From the NCBI GenBank assembly GCA_018650085.1, contig JABIGQ010000039.1, positions 1 through 56,031 on the forward strand: a stretch of 56,031 nt of DNA. The letters run 5' to 3'. Both the position numbers and the translations under genes were made by a program. Under the pieces are notes generated by a model. That model was not told where the DNA came from. It made no database searches and saw only the letters and a program-made list of their open reading frames with translations. This document shows positions 10,292 through 19,795 of this stretch, one piece after another. The DNA is from Candidatus Magasanikiibacteriota bacterium (GTDB lineage Bacteria; Patescibacteriota; Patescibacteriia; Magasanikbacterales; UBA922). The first letter of the stretch is position 1. Every line of letters begins with the position of its first letter.

Positions 10292-10960
10292 ATGCAAACA
10301 GGATTACTATCTATAGTCGCTACTCCCATAGGGAATTTAAGCGATATCACAAAAAGAGCATTAGATACATTATCTAATGCTGATATTGTATTATGTGAAG
10401 ATACGCGTGTAACAAAAAAGTTACTTACTCATTATGATATAGATACTCCTACCAGAAGCTATCACCAGCATTCACAGGAAAAAGATATAAAAGAAATTAT
10501 AGCCTTACTAGATAGTGGAAAACATTTGGCATTGGTTACAGATGCAGGAACTCCCGGTATTTCTGATCCAGGAAATCAACTTATCGCCACAGTAGTAAAA
10601 AGAACAGATGCAAGCATTTCTCCAGTTCCGGGAGCTTCAGCAATTGTCGCTGCATTGAGCATATCTGGATTTCCTACAGATAAATTTTTGTTTTTGGGTT
10701 TTCCTCCACATAAAAATAAACGAAAGAAATTTTTCAAAGAAGTTGCAGCGGCTTCATATACAGTGGCATTTTATGAATCGTCTCATAGAATAGAAAAAGC
10801 ATTGCTGGAGTTAAAAGAAGTACTAGATATAAAAAAACAAGTATGTGTATGCAGAGAGCTTACAAAAAAGTTTGAAAGCATGTATCGTGGAACTATAGAA
10901 GAAATAATAGAAATGAATATCTCCACAAAAGGGGAGTTTGTGGTAATAATCAGTTCGTAA
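10292..10960 (+). CDS. rsmI: 16S rRNA (cytidine1402-2'-O)-methyltransferase
   Basis: 222 aa. LSIVATPIGNLSDITKRALDTLSNADIVLCEDTR and DAGTPGISDPG are classic RsmI (tetrapyrrole-methylase fold) motifs. Confidence 0.85.
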   Translation: MQTGLLSIVATPIGNLSDITKRALDTLSNADIVLCEDTRVTKKLLTHYDIDTPTRSYHQHSQEKDIKEIIALLDSGKHLALVTDAGTPGISDPGNQLIATVVKRTDASISPVPGASAIVAALSISGFPTDKFLFLGFPPHKNKRKKFFKEVAAASYTVAFYESSHRIEKALLELKEVLDIKKQVCVCRELTKKFESMYRGTIEEIIEMNISTKGEFVVIISS

Positions 10961-10970
10961 ATATATAATT

Positions 10971-12461
10971 ATGCTCACTGAATATCAAAAATATAGAATG
11001 TATGAAATACTTCCAGGTGTTACTGTATGGGGGACACTTATTGCTGCAGTAGTATTATCTTTTACTCAGCCACTTTGGATGATTTACGCAGTTATTTTAT
11101 TTGATATTTATTGGGTTATTCGTGTTATTAATTTTTCTTTTTATCTCACCATTGCATGGTTACGATTTTATCGGGTGCGTCAAATTGATTGGAAAGATAC
11201 CATGCGTCATGAGTTAACAAATTGGCAAGAAAAACATCATGTCGTATTTTTGACATTATATAAAGAAGAGTGGCCAGTAGTAAAAACGTCATTAGAGAGT
11301 CTTGTAGATGCAGTATATGATAAAGAGAAATTTGTCATTGTCATAGCAGGAGAAGAACGCGCAAAAGAACAATATGAAGGTATATTAGCTCAAGCAAAAG
11401 AAGAATTTGGAGATAAATTTTTTGATATAGTTGGGACACTTCATCCAAAAGATTTAACAGGAGAGATTCCAGGAAAAGGATCAAACCTTCATTATGCGGA
11501 AAGGCAAATGAAAAAGTATATTGATAAAAAACAATGGAAACATGAAAAAGTTATTGCAACTATTTTTGACATAGATACTATCTGTCATATCCAATATTTT
11601 GCATATTTAACGTATCTATATTGTACGCACCCTACACCTACCAGAACTTCATTTCAACCAATTGCACTGTATAATAATAATATTTGGGATTCTCCAGCCC
11701 CATTACGTATTATGTCATTTGGAACTACTTTTTGGACATTTACTAGTTTAGCAAGGCAAGATGCATTAGTGACTTTTTCATCTCATTCTATGAGTTGGAA
11801 AGCTATAGTAGATGTAGGGTTTCATGAAAAAAGAATTGTAAGTGAAGATTCTCGTATTTTTTATCAATGTTTTCTTCATTATAATGGAGACTATAGAGTG
11901 ACTCCTATGTATTTGCCCGTATCTATGGATACAGTCCGAGATGATAGCTGGTGGGTAAGTATAAAAAATTTATATAAACAACAACGACGTTGGGCGTGGG
12001 GGACGGAGCACATCCCATATCTTATTACTGAATTTAAAAAGAAGGGGAAACTTATTCCTCTGTGGAAAAAGGCAAAATGGGTGTTTTTTGAATGGGAAGG
12101 GAAATGGTCTTGGGCTTGTGTGGCGTTACTTATTACCGTATTAGGACAACTTCCTATGCGTATTGCCCCTGCATCTGTCCGCCAAAGTGCATTGTTTTTT
12201 AACACCCCTCATCTATTACAAATTTTAATGACCATGGCATTACTTGGTATGGTCACCTCTGCTATTTTTAGTTTTCCTCTTCTCCCAAAACGTCCAGAAT
12301 CACATCCACGACATAAATATATTATTATGTTATTACAGTGGTTATTACTTCCTATAACCATGATTTTAGTCAGTGCTATTCCTGCTATAGATGCGGTAAC
12401 TCATCTTATGTTTGGGAAATATTTGGGATTCAATGTCTCTCAGAAAAAAAGAAAATTATAA
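10971..12461 (+). CDS. membrane-embedded family 2 glycosyltransferase (processive type)
   Basis: 496 aa. N- and C-terminal TM helices flank a cytoplasmic domain with IFDIDT (DxD), SEDSRI and the QxxRW motif (QQRRWAWG). Confidence 0.65.
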   Translation: MLTEYQKYRMYEILPGVTVWGTLIAAVVLSFTQPLWMIYAVILFDIYWVIRVINFSFYLTIAWLRFYRVRQIDWKDTMRHELTNWQEKHHVVFLTLYKEEWPVVKTSLESLVDAVYDKEKFVIVIAGEERAKEQYEGILAQAKEEFGDKFFDIVGTLHPKDLTGEIPGKGSNLHYAERQMKKYIDKKQWKHEKVIATIFDIDTICHIQYFAYLTYLYCTHPTPTRTSFQPIALYNNNIWDSPAPLRIMSFGTTFWTFTSLARQDALVTFSSHSMSWKAIVDVGFHEKRIVSEDSRIFYQCFLHYNGDYRVTPMYLPVSMDTVRDDSWWVSIKNLYKQQRRWAWGTEHIPYLITEFKKKGKLIPLWKKAKWVFFEWEGKWSWACVALLITVLGQLPMRIAPASVRQSALFFNTPHLLQILMTMALLGMVTSAIFSFPLLPKRPESHPRHKYIIMLLQWLLLPITMILVSAIPAIDAVTHLMFGKYLGFNVSQKKRKL

Positions 12462-12473
12462 TATAATTATAAT

Positions 12474-13958
12474 GTGTATATGGGCTTATTTAAAAAAAAG
12501 AAAAAAATGCGAAAATGGCCATTTATATTATTATTCATAGTTATACTATTTGGTGGAATATCCTATCTTGGATTTCAATATATAAAAAAAGAAGGGATAC
12601 TTGAAAATACGTTTGTACAAAAACAATTAAAAGATTTGGCAGGAGATGAACATGCAGATGTGGTGGACGCATTGCCGACATTGCTTGGATTTGAAGAACA
12701 AAAAACATATCTTTTATTATTTTTAAATAATACAGAACTGCGGCCAGGGGGAGGATTTATAGGTTCATATGCTACCGTGAGAGTAGATAAGGGAGTTCCA
12801 GAAATTTTAATAATGGAAGGAACAGAAGGTATAGACGGACGTGCGGATAAAGATTGGCGTGTAGAACCACCAGTAATTTTGACAAAAGAATTGTATGTAG
12901 ATAAATGGTATTTTAGAGATAGTAATTGGTCGCCAGATTTTCAAATAAGTACAAAACGTTCTCTAGATTTTTATAAAAAAGAAAATGGAGTAGCTGCAGA
13001 AGAAATAGATGGAGTGATAGCAGTAACCACTCAAGTATTGGAACATATTCTTGAAAAAACAGGAGATATAGAAGTGCAAGGAATAACATTTACTAAAGAT
13101 AATGTTATTGAGATGCTGGAGCGGGAAGTAGAATATGATTTTGCAAAAAAAGGTATTGATTTTAAAGAGAGAAAACAAATCATGCGCCCATTCTTTGAAG
13201 CGATTTTAAAGAAAGTGGGATATGAAATGGTATTTGGAGGAAGTGAATATATTGAACTATTTAAAAAGATGATAGAAGAAAAACATATACTTGTCTATGC
13301 AGTTGATTTGGATATTAGTACATTGGTAAAGACTCATGATTGGGGTGGAGAAATGGTAAAAAATGATGATGACTATTTTCTATGGGTAGATGCAAATTTA
13401 GCAGCATTAAAAACAGATCATGTATTAGAAAGAAGTCTTGATTATCAGATTAAACTTTCAGAAGATGCATATATTGCAGAGGTAGACATGACCTATACTC
13501 ATGATGGAATATTTGATTGGAGAACCACGAGGTATAGAAGTTATGCACGTGTATATGTTCCAGAAGGCTCTCTATTAAAAGAAACAAAAATGATTGATCC
13601 TGCTGGGAATACACAGATTATCGACCCAAATATGGTAGATAGTGGCATAGAAAATGGGAGACAATGGTTTGGGGTATTTATAGTTATAGAACCCGGCACA
13701 GAAGAACATCTTATTTTTACATACCAAGTAGCCCCATCTGTAGTAAAACAAATGAGCTCAGGAATATACAATCTATATGCCCAAAAACAACTTGGTACAA
13801 AAGCACATAGTTTGACCATTGCGCATGAATTTGGTACAACTATAGAAGCGGCAACGCCCGCAGAAGAAAAAGAGAACTGGGGAAATACACAATATACAAT
13901 AGACACGGATTTACGTGTAGACAGAACTTTTTCTGTCCAATTGAAGAAAAGAAAATAA
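12474..13958 (+). CDS. DUF4012 domain protein (membrane-anchored, extracytoplasmic)
   Basis: 494 aa. N-terminal TM anchor, then LLGFEEQKTYLLLFLNNTELRPGGGFIGSYATV, the signature stretch I associate with DUF4012. This family is commonly found next to glycosyltransferases. Confidence 0.65.
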   Translation: MYMGLFKKKKKMRKWPFILLFIVILFGGISYLGFQYIKKEGILENTFVQKQLKDLAGDEHADVVDALPTLLGFEEQKTYLLLFLNNTELRPGGGFIGSYATVRVDKGVPEILIMEGTEGIDGRADKDWRVEPPVILTKELYVDKWYFRDSNWSPDFQISTKRSLDFYKKENGVAAEEIDGVIAVTTQVLEHILEKTGDIEVQGITFTKDNVIEMLEREVEYDFAKKGIDFKERKQIMRPFFEAILKKVGYEMVFGGSEYIELFKKMIEEKHILVYAVDLDISTLVKTHDWGGEMVKNDDDYFLWVDANLAALKTDHVLERSLDYQIKLSEDAYIAEVDMTYTHDGIFDWRTTRYRSYARVYVPEGSLLKETKMIDPAGNTQIIDPNMVDSGIENGRQWFGVFIVIEPGTEEHLIFTYQVAPSVVKQMSSGIYNLYAQKQLGTKAHSLTIAHEFGTTIEAATPAEEKENWGNTQYTIDTDLRVDRTFSVQLKKRK

Positions 13959-13970
13959 TATATAAGACAT

Positions 13971-14978
13971 ATGTGGATAAAAAAGATTGGAATTGATCTG
14001 GGTACTACAAATATTTTAGTATTTCAACCAAAGCATGGGATTGTGGTAAATGAGCCATCTGTGGTCGCTATTTCTAAAGATGATAATCGTGTTTTGGCAG
14101 TAGGGATTGAAGCAAAAGATATGATAGGGAGAACGCCAGATAGTATAATTGCGGAGCGCCCGCTAAAAGATGGAGTGATAGCAAATTATAGAACTACAGA
14201 GGCTATGCTTCGTTATTTTATTAATAAAGCACTTGGTGGAATTCGTTTATTTCGTCCAGAAGTGATGATAGCAGTGCCAGCTGGGATTACTTCTACGGAG
14301 CGTAGAGCGGTGATAGATGCGGCCATGGCAGCAGGGGCAAGAGCAGCATATATTATAAAAGAACCAATTGTAGCAGCCATAGGGGCAGATATTCCTATTG
14401 GGACAGCTTCTGGTCATATGATTATAGATATTGGTGGTGGAACCAGTGAGATTGCTGTTATTTCTCTTGGTGGAATTGTGTCTTGTGGGTCAGTTCGTAT
14501 AGGCGGAACAAAATTCGATGCCTCTATTGCTGAGTTTATTAGAAAAAAATACGGATTAGCTATAGGGGATAGATCTTCAGAAGAAGTAAAAATTCATGTG
14601 GGTTCTGCTATGTATATGGAAACGCCATTGGAAATGGAAGTAAAAGGACGTGACATGATTACAGGACTTCCACGTACTATTACTGTAACTTCAAATGATA
14701 CAACAGAAGCACTCCAGCATGATTTGGAAGGGCTTATAGAAGCAGTAAAACAAGTACTTCATGATACACCACCAGAATTATCTGCAGATGTTATGGATAA
14801 GGGGATTATCATGTCTGGTGGGTCTAGTCTTTTACGTAATTTACATGAACTTATTGCTCAGGCTACAGGAGTGGCATGTTATGTAGCAGATGATGCACTG
14901 CTTTGTGTAGCAAAAGGGACAGGGATTGCATTGGAGAATTTAGATAATTATAAGAGAAGTATTGCAGCGACGAAGTAG
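13971..14978 (+). CDS. mreB: rod shape-determining actin homolog MreB
   Basis: 335 aa. IGIDLGTTN, the EPxxAAIGA-like PIVAAIGADIP, DIGGGTSEIAVISLGG and GIIMSGGSSLL. Confidence 0.9.
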   Translation: MWIKKIGIDLGTTNILVFQPKHGIVVNEPSVVAISKDDNRVLAVGIEAKDMIGRTPDSIIAERPLKDGVIANYRTTEAMLRYFINKALGGIRLFRPEVMIAVPAGITSTERRAVIDAAMAAGARAAYIIKEPIVAAIGADIPIGTASGHMIIDIGGGTSEIAVISLGGIVSCGSVRIGGTKFDASIAEFIRKKYGLAIGDRSSEEVKIHVGSAMYMETPLEMEVKGRDMITGLPRTITVTSNDTTEALQHDLEGLIEAVKQVLHDTPPELSADVMDKGIIMSGGSSLLRNLHELIAQATGVACYVADDALLCVAKGTGIALENLDNYKRSIAATK

Positions 14979-15013
14979 AGGAGTGAATTTTTTAATTAAG
15001 TGAAACATATTAT

Positions 15014-15229
15014 ATGGATTACATGAATATACTGTTTACGTGTATAGGAGTATTTGTAGTATTTGCTTCATACAAAAATTATGATTGGTTTATGAATCAT
15101 AGAAAAGCATTATTTCTTTCCAAATTAATCGGTGGAAGAGAACGCACGCGTATTTTTTATATTGGTCTGGGTATGGTGATTGTGGGTGTTGGATTATTTC
15201 ATATTATGACTGGAACAAGTATTTCGTAG
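15014..15229 (+). CDS. small 2-TM membrane protein
   Basis: 71-aa ORF with two hydrophobic helices. It is followed by a hairpin plus T-run. Confidence 0.35.
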   Translation: MDYMNILFTCIGVFVVFASYKNYDWFMNHRKALFLSKLIGGRERTRIFYIGLGMVIVGVGLFHIMTGTSIS

Positions 15230-15246
15230 GTGGATACATAGATCAG

Positions 15247-15274
15247 AAAAAACTATCATCACGATAGTTTTTTT
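15247..15274 (+). terminator. putative intrinsic terminator
   Basis: AAAAAACTATC-atcac-GATAGTTTTTT is an 11-bp inverted repeat that runs into a T tract. The stem is AT-rich, so stability is modest. Confidence 0.4.
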
Positions 15275-15379
15275 AATATCATTTTTTTTCCTCCTTCCCG
15301 CATGGCGGGAGGTTGTTGTGTATATTTATATTTACAAAAATATACACATTTGTCAATGGGTATGTTATACTTATATCAT

Positions 15380-16516
15380 ATGATTATTGGTATAGACGCA
15401 TCACGATTATCAGAAAATAAACGCACCGGAGTAGAATGGTATGCTTTTTTTGTTATAGAAAAATTAAAAAAACTTCTTGTAAATAAAGATATAACTGTTC
15501 GACTATATTGTCGTGAACCATTAAAAAAAGATGTCTTGGATGTTATGCCAGATAACTGGGAAGTTATTCAATTAGATTGGCCACCAAAAAGATTGTGGAC
15601 ACAAATTCGTTTCAGTTGGGAAATGTGGAGACAAGCTCCAGATGTTCTTTTTATACCAGCACATGTGCCACCACTGATCCACCCAAAGAAAACAGTCGTC
15701 ATGATTCACGACATAGCTGCAAAAACATATCCAGAAAGTTATAACTTTTTTGAACGCTGGTATTCTCTTTGGTCAGCAAAATATACATTAGAAAAAATGT
15801 CCGATGTTTTATCCCCAAGTAATTTTACAAAAAAACAACTAGAGAAATTACTCCCAGCAAATGATATATTTGCACAAATACATGTAATACCTCATGGATA
15901 TGATACTAAGTTTGGAGATGTTATTGAAGAGAAAAAACAAGAAACTATTTTAGATACATATCATATTAAAAAACCATACATACTCTCTGTAAGTCGCTTA
16001 GAAGAAAAGAAAAACACCTTATCAATTATTAGTGCATTTGAACGATATAAAGAAAGAACAGGGGATAAAGATTTGTCATTGGTGCTGGTAGGAAAAGCTG
16101 GGTATGGATATGAAAAAGTAAAAGAAGCAATGGATACAAGCACATATAAAAAAGATATATATGAATTAGGATGGATAGAACAGGGAGATTTACCTGCAAT
16201 TATGCAAGGAGCACAAGTATTTTTATTTCCAAGTTTATATGAAGGATTTGGGCTTCCTGTATTAGAAGCTATGGCTGCGGGTGTTCCGGTTATTTGTTCT
16301 CGTGGGTTGAGCTTTGAAGATATTGCAGGACATGCGGCATTTTATGTAGATCCTACAGATGTAGGGCAGATGGTAGATAATCTTTATATATTGTTAAGAA
16401 ATAGAGAAGAAAGAAAAAGAGTCATTACAGAAGGAAAGATGCAAGCAATGAAATTTTCTTGGGAATCTACTGCAAAAAAGACAGCAGAAGTACTTCTGGA
16501 TAATCCTTTGCCCTAG
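15380..16516 (+). CDS. family 4 (GT-B) glycosyltransferase
   Basis: The track ORF starts at 15302, but homologs typically begin MIIGIDA. I therefore place the start at ATG 15380. C-terminal EGFGLPVLEAMAAGVPVI is the GT4 E-x7-E region. Confidence 0.8.
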   Translation: MIIGIDASRLSENKRTGVEWYAFFVIEKLKKLLVNKDITVRLYCREPLKKDVLDVMPDNWEVIQLDWPPKRLWTQIRFSWEMWRQAPDVLFIPAHVPPLIHPKKTVVMIHDIAAKTYPESYNFFERWYSLWSAKYTLEKMSDVLSPSNFTKKQLEKLLPANDIFAQIHVIPHGYDTKFGDVIEEKKQETILDTYHIKKPYILSVSRLEEKKNTLSIISAFERYKERTGDKDLSLVLVGKAGYGYEKVKEAMDTSTYKKDIYELGWIEQGDLPAIMQGAQVFLFPSLYEGFGLPVLEAMAAGVPVICSRGLSFEDIAGHAAFYVDPTDVGQMVDNLYILLRNREERKRVITEGKMQAMKFSWESTAKKTAEVLLDNPLP

Positions 16517-16538
16517 AGGGAAAATTGTGATACACTAG

Positions 16539-17495
16539 ATGTATATGAATGATATTATAGGACATAAAGATATACGTGAATTGTTTGATACTCTTATAAA
16601 AAAAGATGCACTCCATCATGCATATTGTCTGGTAGGAAATGAATATGTAGGGAAAAGAACGCTTGCAGAAATATTAGCAGCTTCATTATTACATATAAAA
16701 ACAGAAACAATACATACACATCCAGATGTATATATTGTCAAACAAGAAAAAAACAAGAAAACAGGAAAAACAAAAAAAAATATTGATATAGAACAAATTC
16801 GTACCATGCGTCATGTTACTTCACAGTATGCTGCAATGAAAGGATATACGGTCGTTATTATAGATGGCGCAGAAAAAATGAGTATAGGAGCAAGCAATGC
16901 TCTATTAAAAACATTAGAAGAACCTACAGGAAAAACAATCTTTTTTTTACTCACACATGATGAATCGCGATTACTTGCAACCATAAGATCTCGTTGTCAT
17001 ATGATATATCTCCATCCTGTTTTAGATAAAGAAATAGAAGGAGCATTGGAAGAACGTGGATATAAAGAAGCATTATCTCACGATATTGCACGATTGTCTC
17101 GTGGATGTCCTGGTAGAGCTATACAATGGGCAAAAGATCCGGATGAATTTGATGCATATAAGCAAGAAGTTCGAAGATTTTTATCACTTATAAATACACC
17201 ATTATATAAAAAAATAGCATTGACCGATGATTTGTTTGGAGATAAAACTGATCATATACAAACCAGAGAAACGTTGATACGTGTATTAGATATATGGCTC
17301 CTAATTATTCGAGACATGGCCATGATTAGTCAGGGTGGAAAGCCAAGTATGCAAATTCATAAATTACCAGAGAGTATAGCACTCCCAAAAAAACAATTAT
17401 TAACTATAGAAAAAAGAATTTATAAAACAAAAGAACAACTACGTAGAAACATTCATCCACGCTTATCTGTGGAACATATTTTATTAGCATTTTAA
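16539..17495 (+). CDS. holB: DNA polymerase III delta' subunit
   Basis: 318 aa. HAYCLVGNEYVGKRTLA, HPDVYIV, NALLKTLEEP and the SRC motif (TIRSRCHM). Confidence 0.8.
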   Translation: MYMNDIIGHKDIRELFDTLIKKDALHHAYCLVGNEYVGKRTLAEILAASLLHIKTETIHTHPDVYIVKQEKNKKTGKTKKNIDIEQIRTMRHVTSQYAAMKGYTVVIIDGAEKMSIGASNALLKTLEEPTGKTIFFLLTHDESRLLATIRSRCHMIYLHPVLDKEIEGALEERGYKEALSHDIARLSRGCPGRAIQWAKDPDEFDAYKQEVRRFLSLINTPLYKKIALTDDLFGDKTDHIQTRETLIRVLDIWLLIIRDMAMISQGGKPSMQIHKLPESIALPKKQLLTIEKRIYKTKEQLRRNIHPRLSVEHILLAF

Positions 17496-17504
17496 TCATA
17501 CACT

Positions 17505-18590
17505 ATGAAATCATCATATTTTCGTTTGCTTGGTCTGTGCGCTGTGTGTCTCTTGTTTGTAGGACAGGGATGTGTCTCTCTTTCTGGGGATAAAGGGGCT
17601 ACCAGTGGTCCTGCAGGTATGTTTGCCTCTACAAATAGAGGAGAATCTTGGCAGCCTGTTTCTTCATTACCAAAGGTAGATGGTGTAAAAAGTATGTCTG
17701 GTGTAAGTGTGTATCGTATGTTTGGTGATCCACAAGACCCAAAAGCAATGTATTGGGCTTCTCGTGGACATGGACTTTTTTTTACATATGACAATGGATT
17801 GACATGGCAACAACCATGGTCTGAATCATTAAAACAAGGATTTATTTACAGTGTAGCTGTTCATCCTAAAGATAAGTGTACTATTTATGTTACCACTGGT
17901 AAATTGGTCTACAAGAGTACTGATTGTAATAGAACATGGGCAGAAATACATAGAGAAGCTACAGATGATCAAGTAGTCTCTGTATTAATTAGCCCAACAG
18001 CACCATATGATGTGTATATGGCTACGACAAAAGGAAGATTTCTTGTCAGTAAAGATACAGGAGTAAGTTGGGAAGCTATATTTCAGTTTCGATTTAAAAT
18101 TGCAGAAGCATTTATAGATCCATTTATAAAAGATAGAGTATATGTGGCCACAAAAGACAATGGGATCTATAGATCATTGGATGGCGGACAAACATGGTTA
18201 ACTGGAAGTGAAGATGTCGCAGAACTTTCAAAAGCATTAGAATTTAGACGATTTTTAGCATATCCGGGTAGAGAAGGAGTATTATATTATGTATCAACAT
18301 ATGGAATACATAAATCAGAAGATGCTGGAGAAAGTTGGGAAACATTAGAATTAATTCATCCAGCAGGAAGTGCAAAAATATATGGTTTTGCTGTAAATCC
18401 AAATAATGAAAATGAAATGTATTACACGGCAACGATCAATGATAGATCTACATTTTATAAAAGTATTGATGGTGGAAAAAACTGGATTACAAAAAAACTT
18501 CCATCAAAACAATTACCAACATCTTTACGAGTGCATCCTGTAGTTGACAACCAGCTGTATTTAGGGTTTACTATACCTCCAAAGAAGTAA
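17505..18590 (+). CDS. lipoprotein with BNR/Asp-box beta-propeller repeats
   Basis: Lipobox-like FVGQGC after a signal peptide. Seven SxDxGxTW-type boxes are present: STNRGESW, TYDNGLTW, STDCNRTW, SKDTGVSW, SLDGGQTW, SEDAGESW, SIDGGKNW. Confidence 0.7.
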   Translation: MKSSYFRLLGLCAVCLLFVGQGCVSLSGDKGATSGPAGMFASTNRGESWQPVSSLPKVDGVKSMSGVSVYRMFGDPQDPKAMYWASRGHGLFFTYDNGLTWQQPWSESLKQGFIYSVAVHPKDKCTIYVTTGKLVYKSTDCNRTWAEIHREATDDQVVSVLISPTAPYDVYMATTKGRFLVSKDTGVSWEAIFQFRFKIAEAFIDPFIKDRVYVATKDNGIYRSLDGGQTWLTGSEDVAELSKALEFRRFLAYPGREGVLYYVSTYGIHKSEDAGESWETLELIHPAGSAKIYGFAVNPNNENEMYYTATINDRSTFYKSIDGGKNWITKKLPSKQLPTSLRVHPVVDNQLYLGFTIPPKK

Positions 18591-18611
18591 TTTAATTTTG
18601 TATTTAATGTT

Positions 18612-19160
18612 ATGAATATTGACGCATATAAAGAACAATTTAATAAAACGATAGATCATCTAAAACAAGAAATTTCAGCATTGCGTACTGGACGAGCTAC
18701 TCCAGCATTGGTAGAAGATGTGATGGTAGAAGCGTATGGTACAAAACAAGGGCTAAAAGCAGTGGCAAGTATTAGTGTAGCGGACGCAAAGACATTGACA
18801 GTAGAACCATGGGATAAAACACTTATGCAAGTAATAGAACTTGCTATTCGTAATTCAGATGTAGGGATTAATCCAGTAAATGATGGCAAGCTTATTCGAC
18901 TGCCATTGCCAGAACTTACTGCAGAAAGACGTGCGGATTTAATAAAAGTATTACATAAAAAATTAGAAGATGCTCGTATTGCTGTTCGTAAAATTCGAGA
19001 AGAAGTAAGAAATGATATTGATAAGGCAGAAAAAGAAAAAGTGATTTCTGAAGATGAAAAGTTTGCTTCTCAAGATGAGTTAGAAGAATTGGTAAAAGAA
19101 TATAATGAGTTAGTAAAAAAAGTTGGTCAAGATAAAGAAAAGGAAATTACAACCATTTAA
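18612..19160 (+). CDS. frr: ribosome recycling factor
   Basis: 182 aa. LRTGRATPALVEDVMVEAYG, PWDK, NPVNDGKLIRLPLPELTAERR. Confidence 0.9.
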   Translation: MNIDAYKEQFNKTIDHLKQEISALRTGRATPALVEDVMVEAYGTKQGLKAVASISVADAKTLTVEPWDKTLMQVIELAIRNSDVGINPVNDGKLIRLPLPELTAERRADLIKVLHKKLEDARIAVRKIREEVRNDIDKAEKEKVISEDEKFASQDELEELVKEYNELVKKVGQDKEKEITTI

Positions 19161-19169
19161 TATAGATCT

Positions 19170-19613
19170 ATGCGTATAGTGCTCCAAAAAGTAAAAAGAG
19201 GAATGGTAGATATAGACGGACAGACTATTGCGCAAATTGCAGATGGATATGTATTATTACTTGCAATTCATAAAAATGACACGACAGTAGATGCAGATAA
19301 ACTGGTAGAAAAAGTATTGAAACTGCGTTTATTTGCACCGGTAGGGAGTGATTCATTTATGGAGCAAAATATTATAGAATGGGGAGGAAGTCTGATTATA
19401 GTAAGCCAATTTACACTCTATGGAGATTGTAAAAAAGGAACACGACCAAGTTTTACCGATTCTGCACGTCCAGAAAAAGCAAAAGAATTGTATAAGTATG
19501 TCGTAGATTCTTTTATAGAAAAAGGAATTCACGTAGAAGTGGGAGCCTTTGGGGAGCATATGGAAGTAGAACTTATCAATGATGGACCTATAACACTTAT
19601 CTTAGATTCGTAA
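19170..19613 (+). CDS. dtd: D-aminoacyl-tRNA deacylase
   Basis: 147 aa. MRIVLQKV N-terminus, SQFTLYGD, KGTRPSF and C-terminal NDGPITLILD. Confidence 0.9.
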   Translation: MRIVLQKVKRGMVDIDGQTIAQIADGYVLLLAIHKNDTTVDADKLVEKVLKLRLFAPVGSDSFMEQNIIEWGGSLIIVSQFTLYGDCKKGTRPSFTDSARPEKAKELYKYVVDSFIEKGIHVEVGAFGEHMEVELINDGPITLILDS

Positions 19614-19687
19614 TATTGTACAACTTTAGCTATAATAATTGGGTGGAACCTTTTTAGCTAAAAGACAATAAAATAAAAGTAAAACAA

Positions 19688-19779
19688 CGGGTGGAACCGT
19701 CATACAAATGAATATATTGTATGACCCCGGTATATTGTGTATAAATAGATTTATTTATAGACAGTATATCGGGTTTTTT
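19688..19779 (+). promoter_or_regulatory. T-box-like antiterminator / intrinsic terminator leader of glyQS
   Basis: CGGG-[UGGAACC bulge]-GUCAUACAA-loop-UUGUAUGAC-CCCGG (19688..19730) competes with the long hairpin CCCGGUAUAU...GUAUAUCGGG plus U6 (19726..19779). This lies 17 nt before the glyQS ATG. GGGTGGAACC resembles the T-box core GGGUGGNACC. Confidence 0.45.
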
Positions 19780-19795
19780 AATAATAATTACATAT

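Noticed and set aside
15302-15379. 26-codon N-terminal extension of the GT4 glycosyltransferase (MAGGCCVYLYLQKY...).
   Set aside because: The extension is un-protein-like and overlaps a small CCCGC/GCGGG hairpin. Homolog-style N-termini begin at MIIGIDAS (ATG 15380).
17492-17794. 100-aa minus-strand ORF overlapping the start of the BNR lipoprotein gene.
   Set aside because: It is antisense to a gene with strong repeat motifs and a lipobox, has no recognisable family, and would overlap holB.
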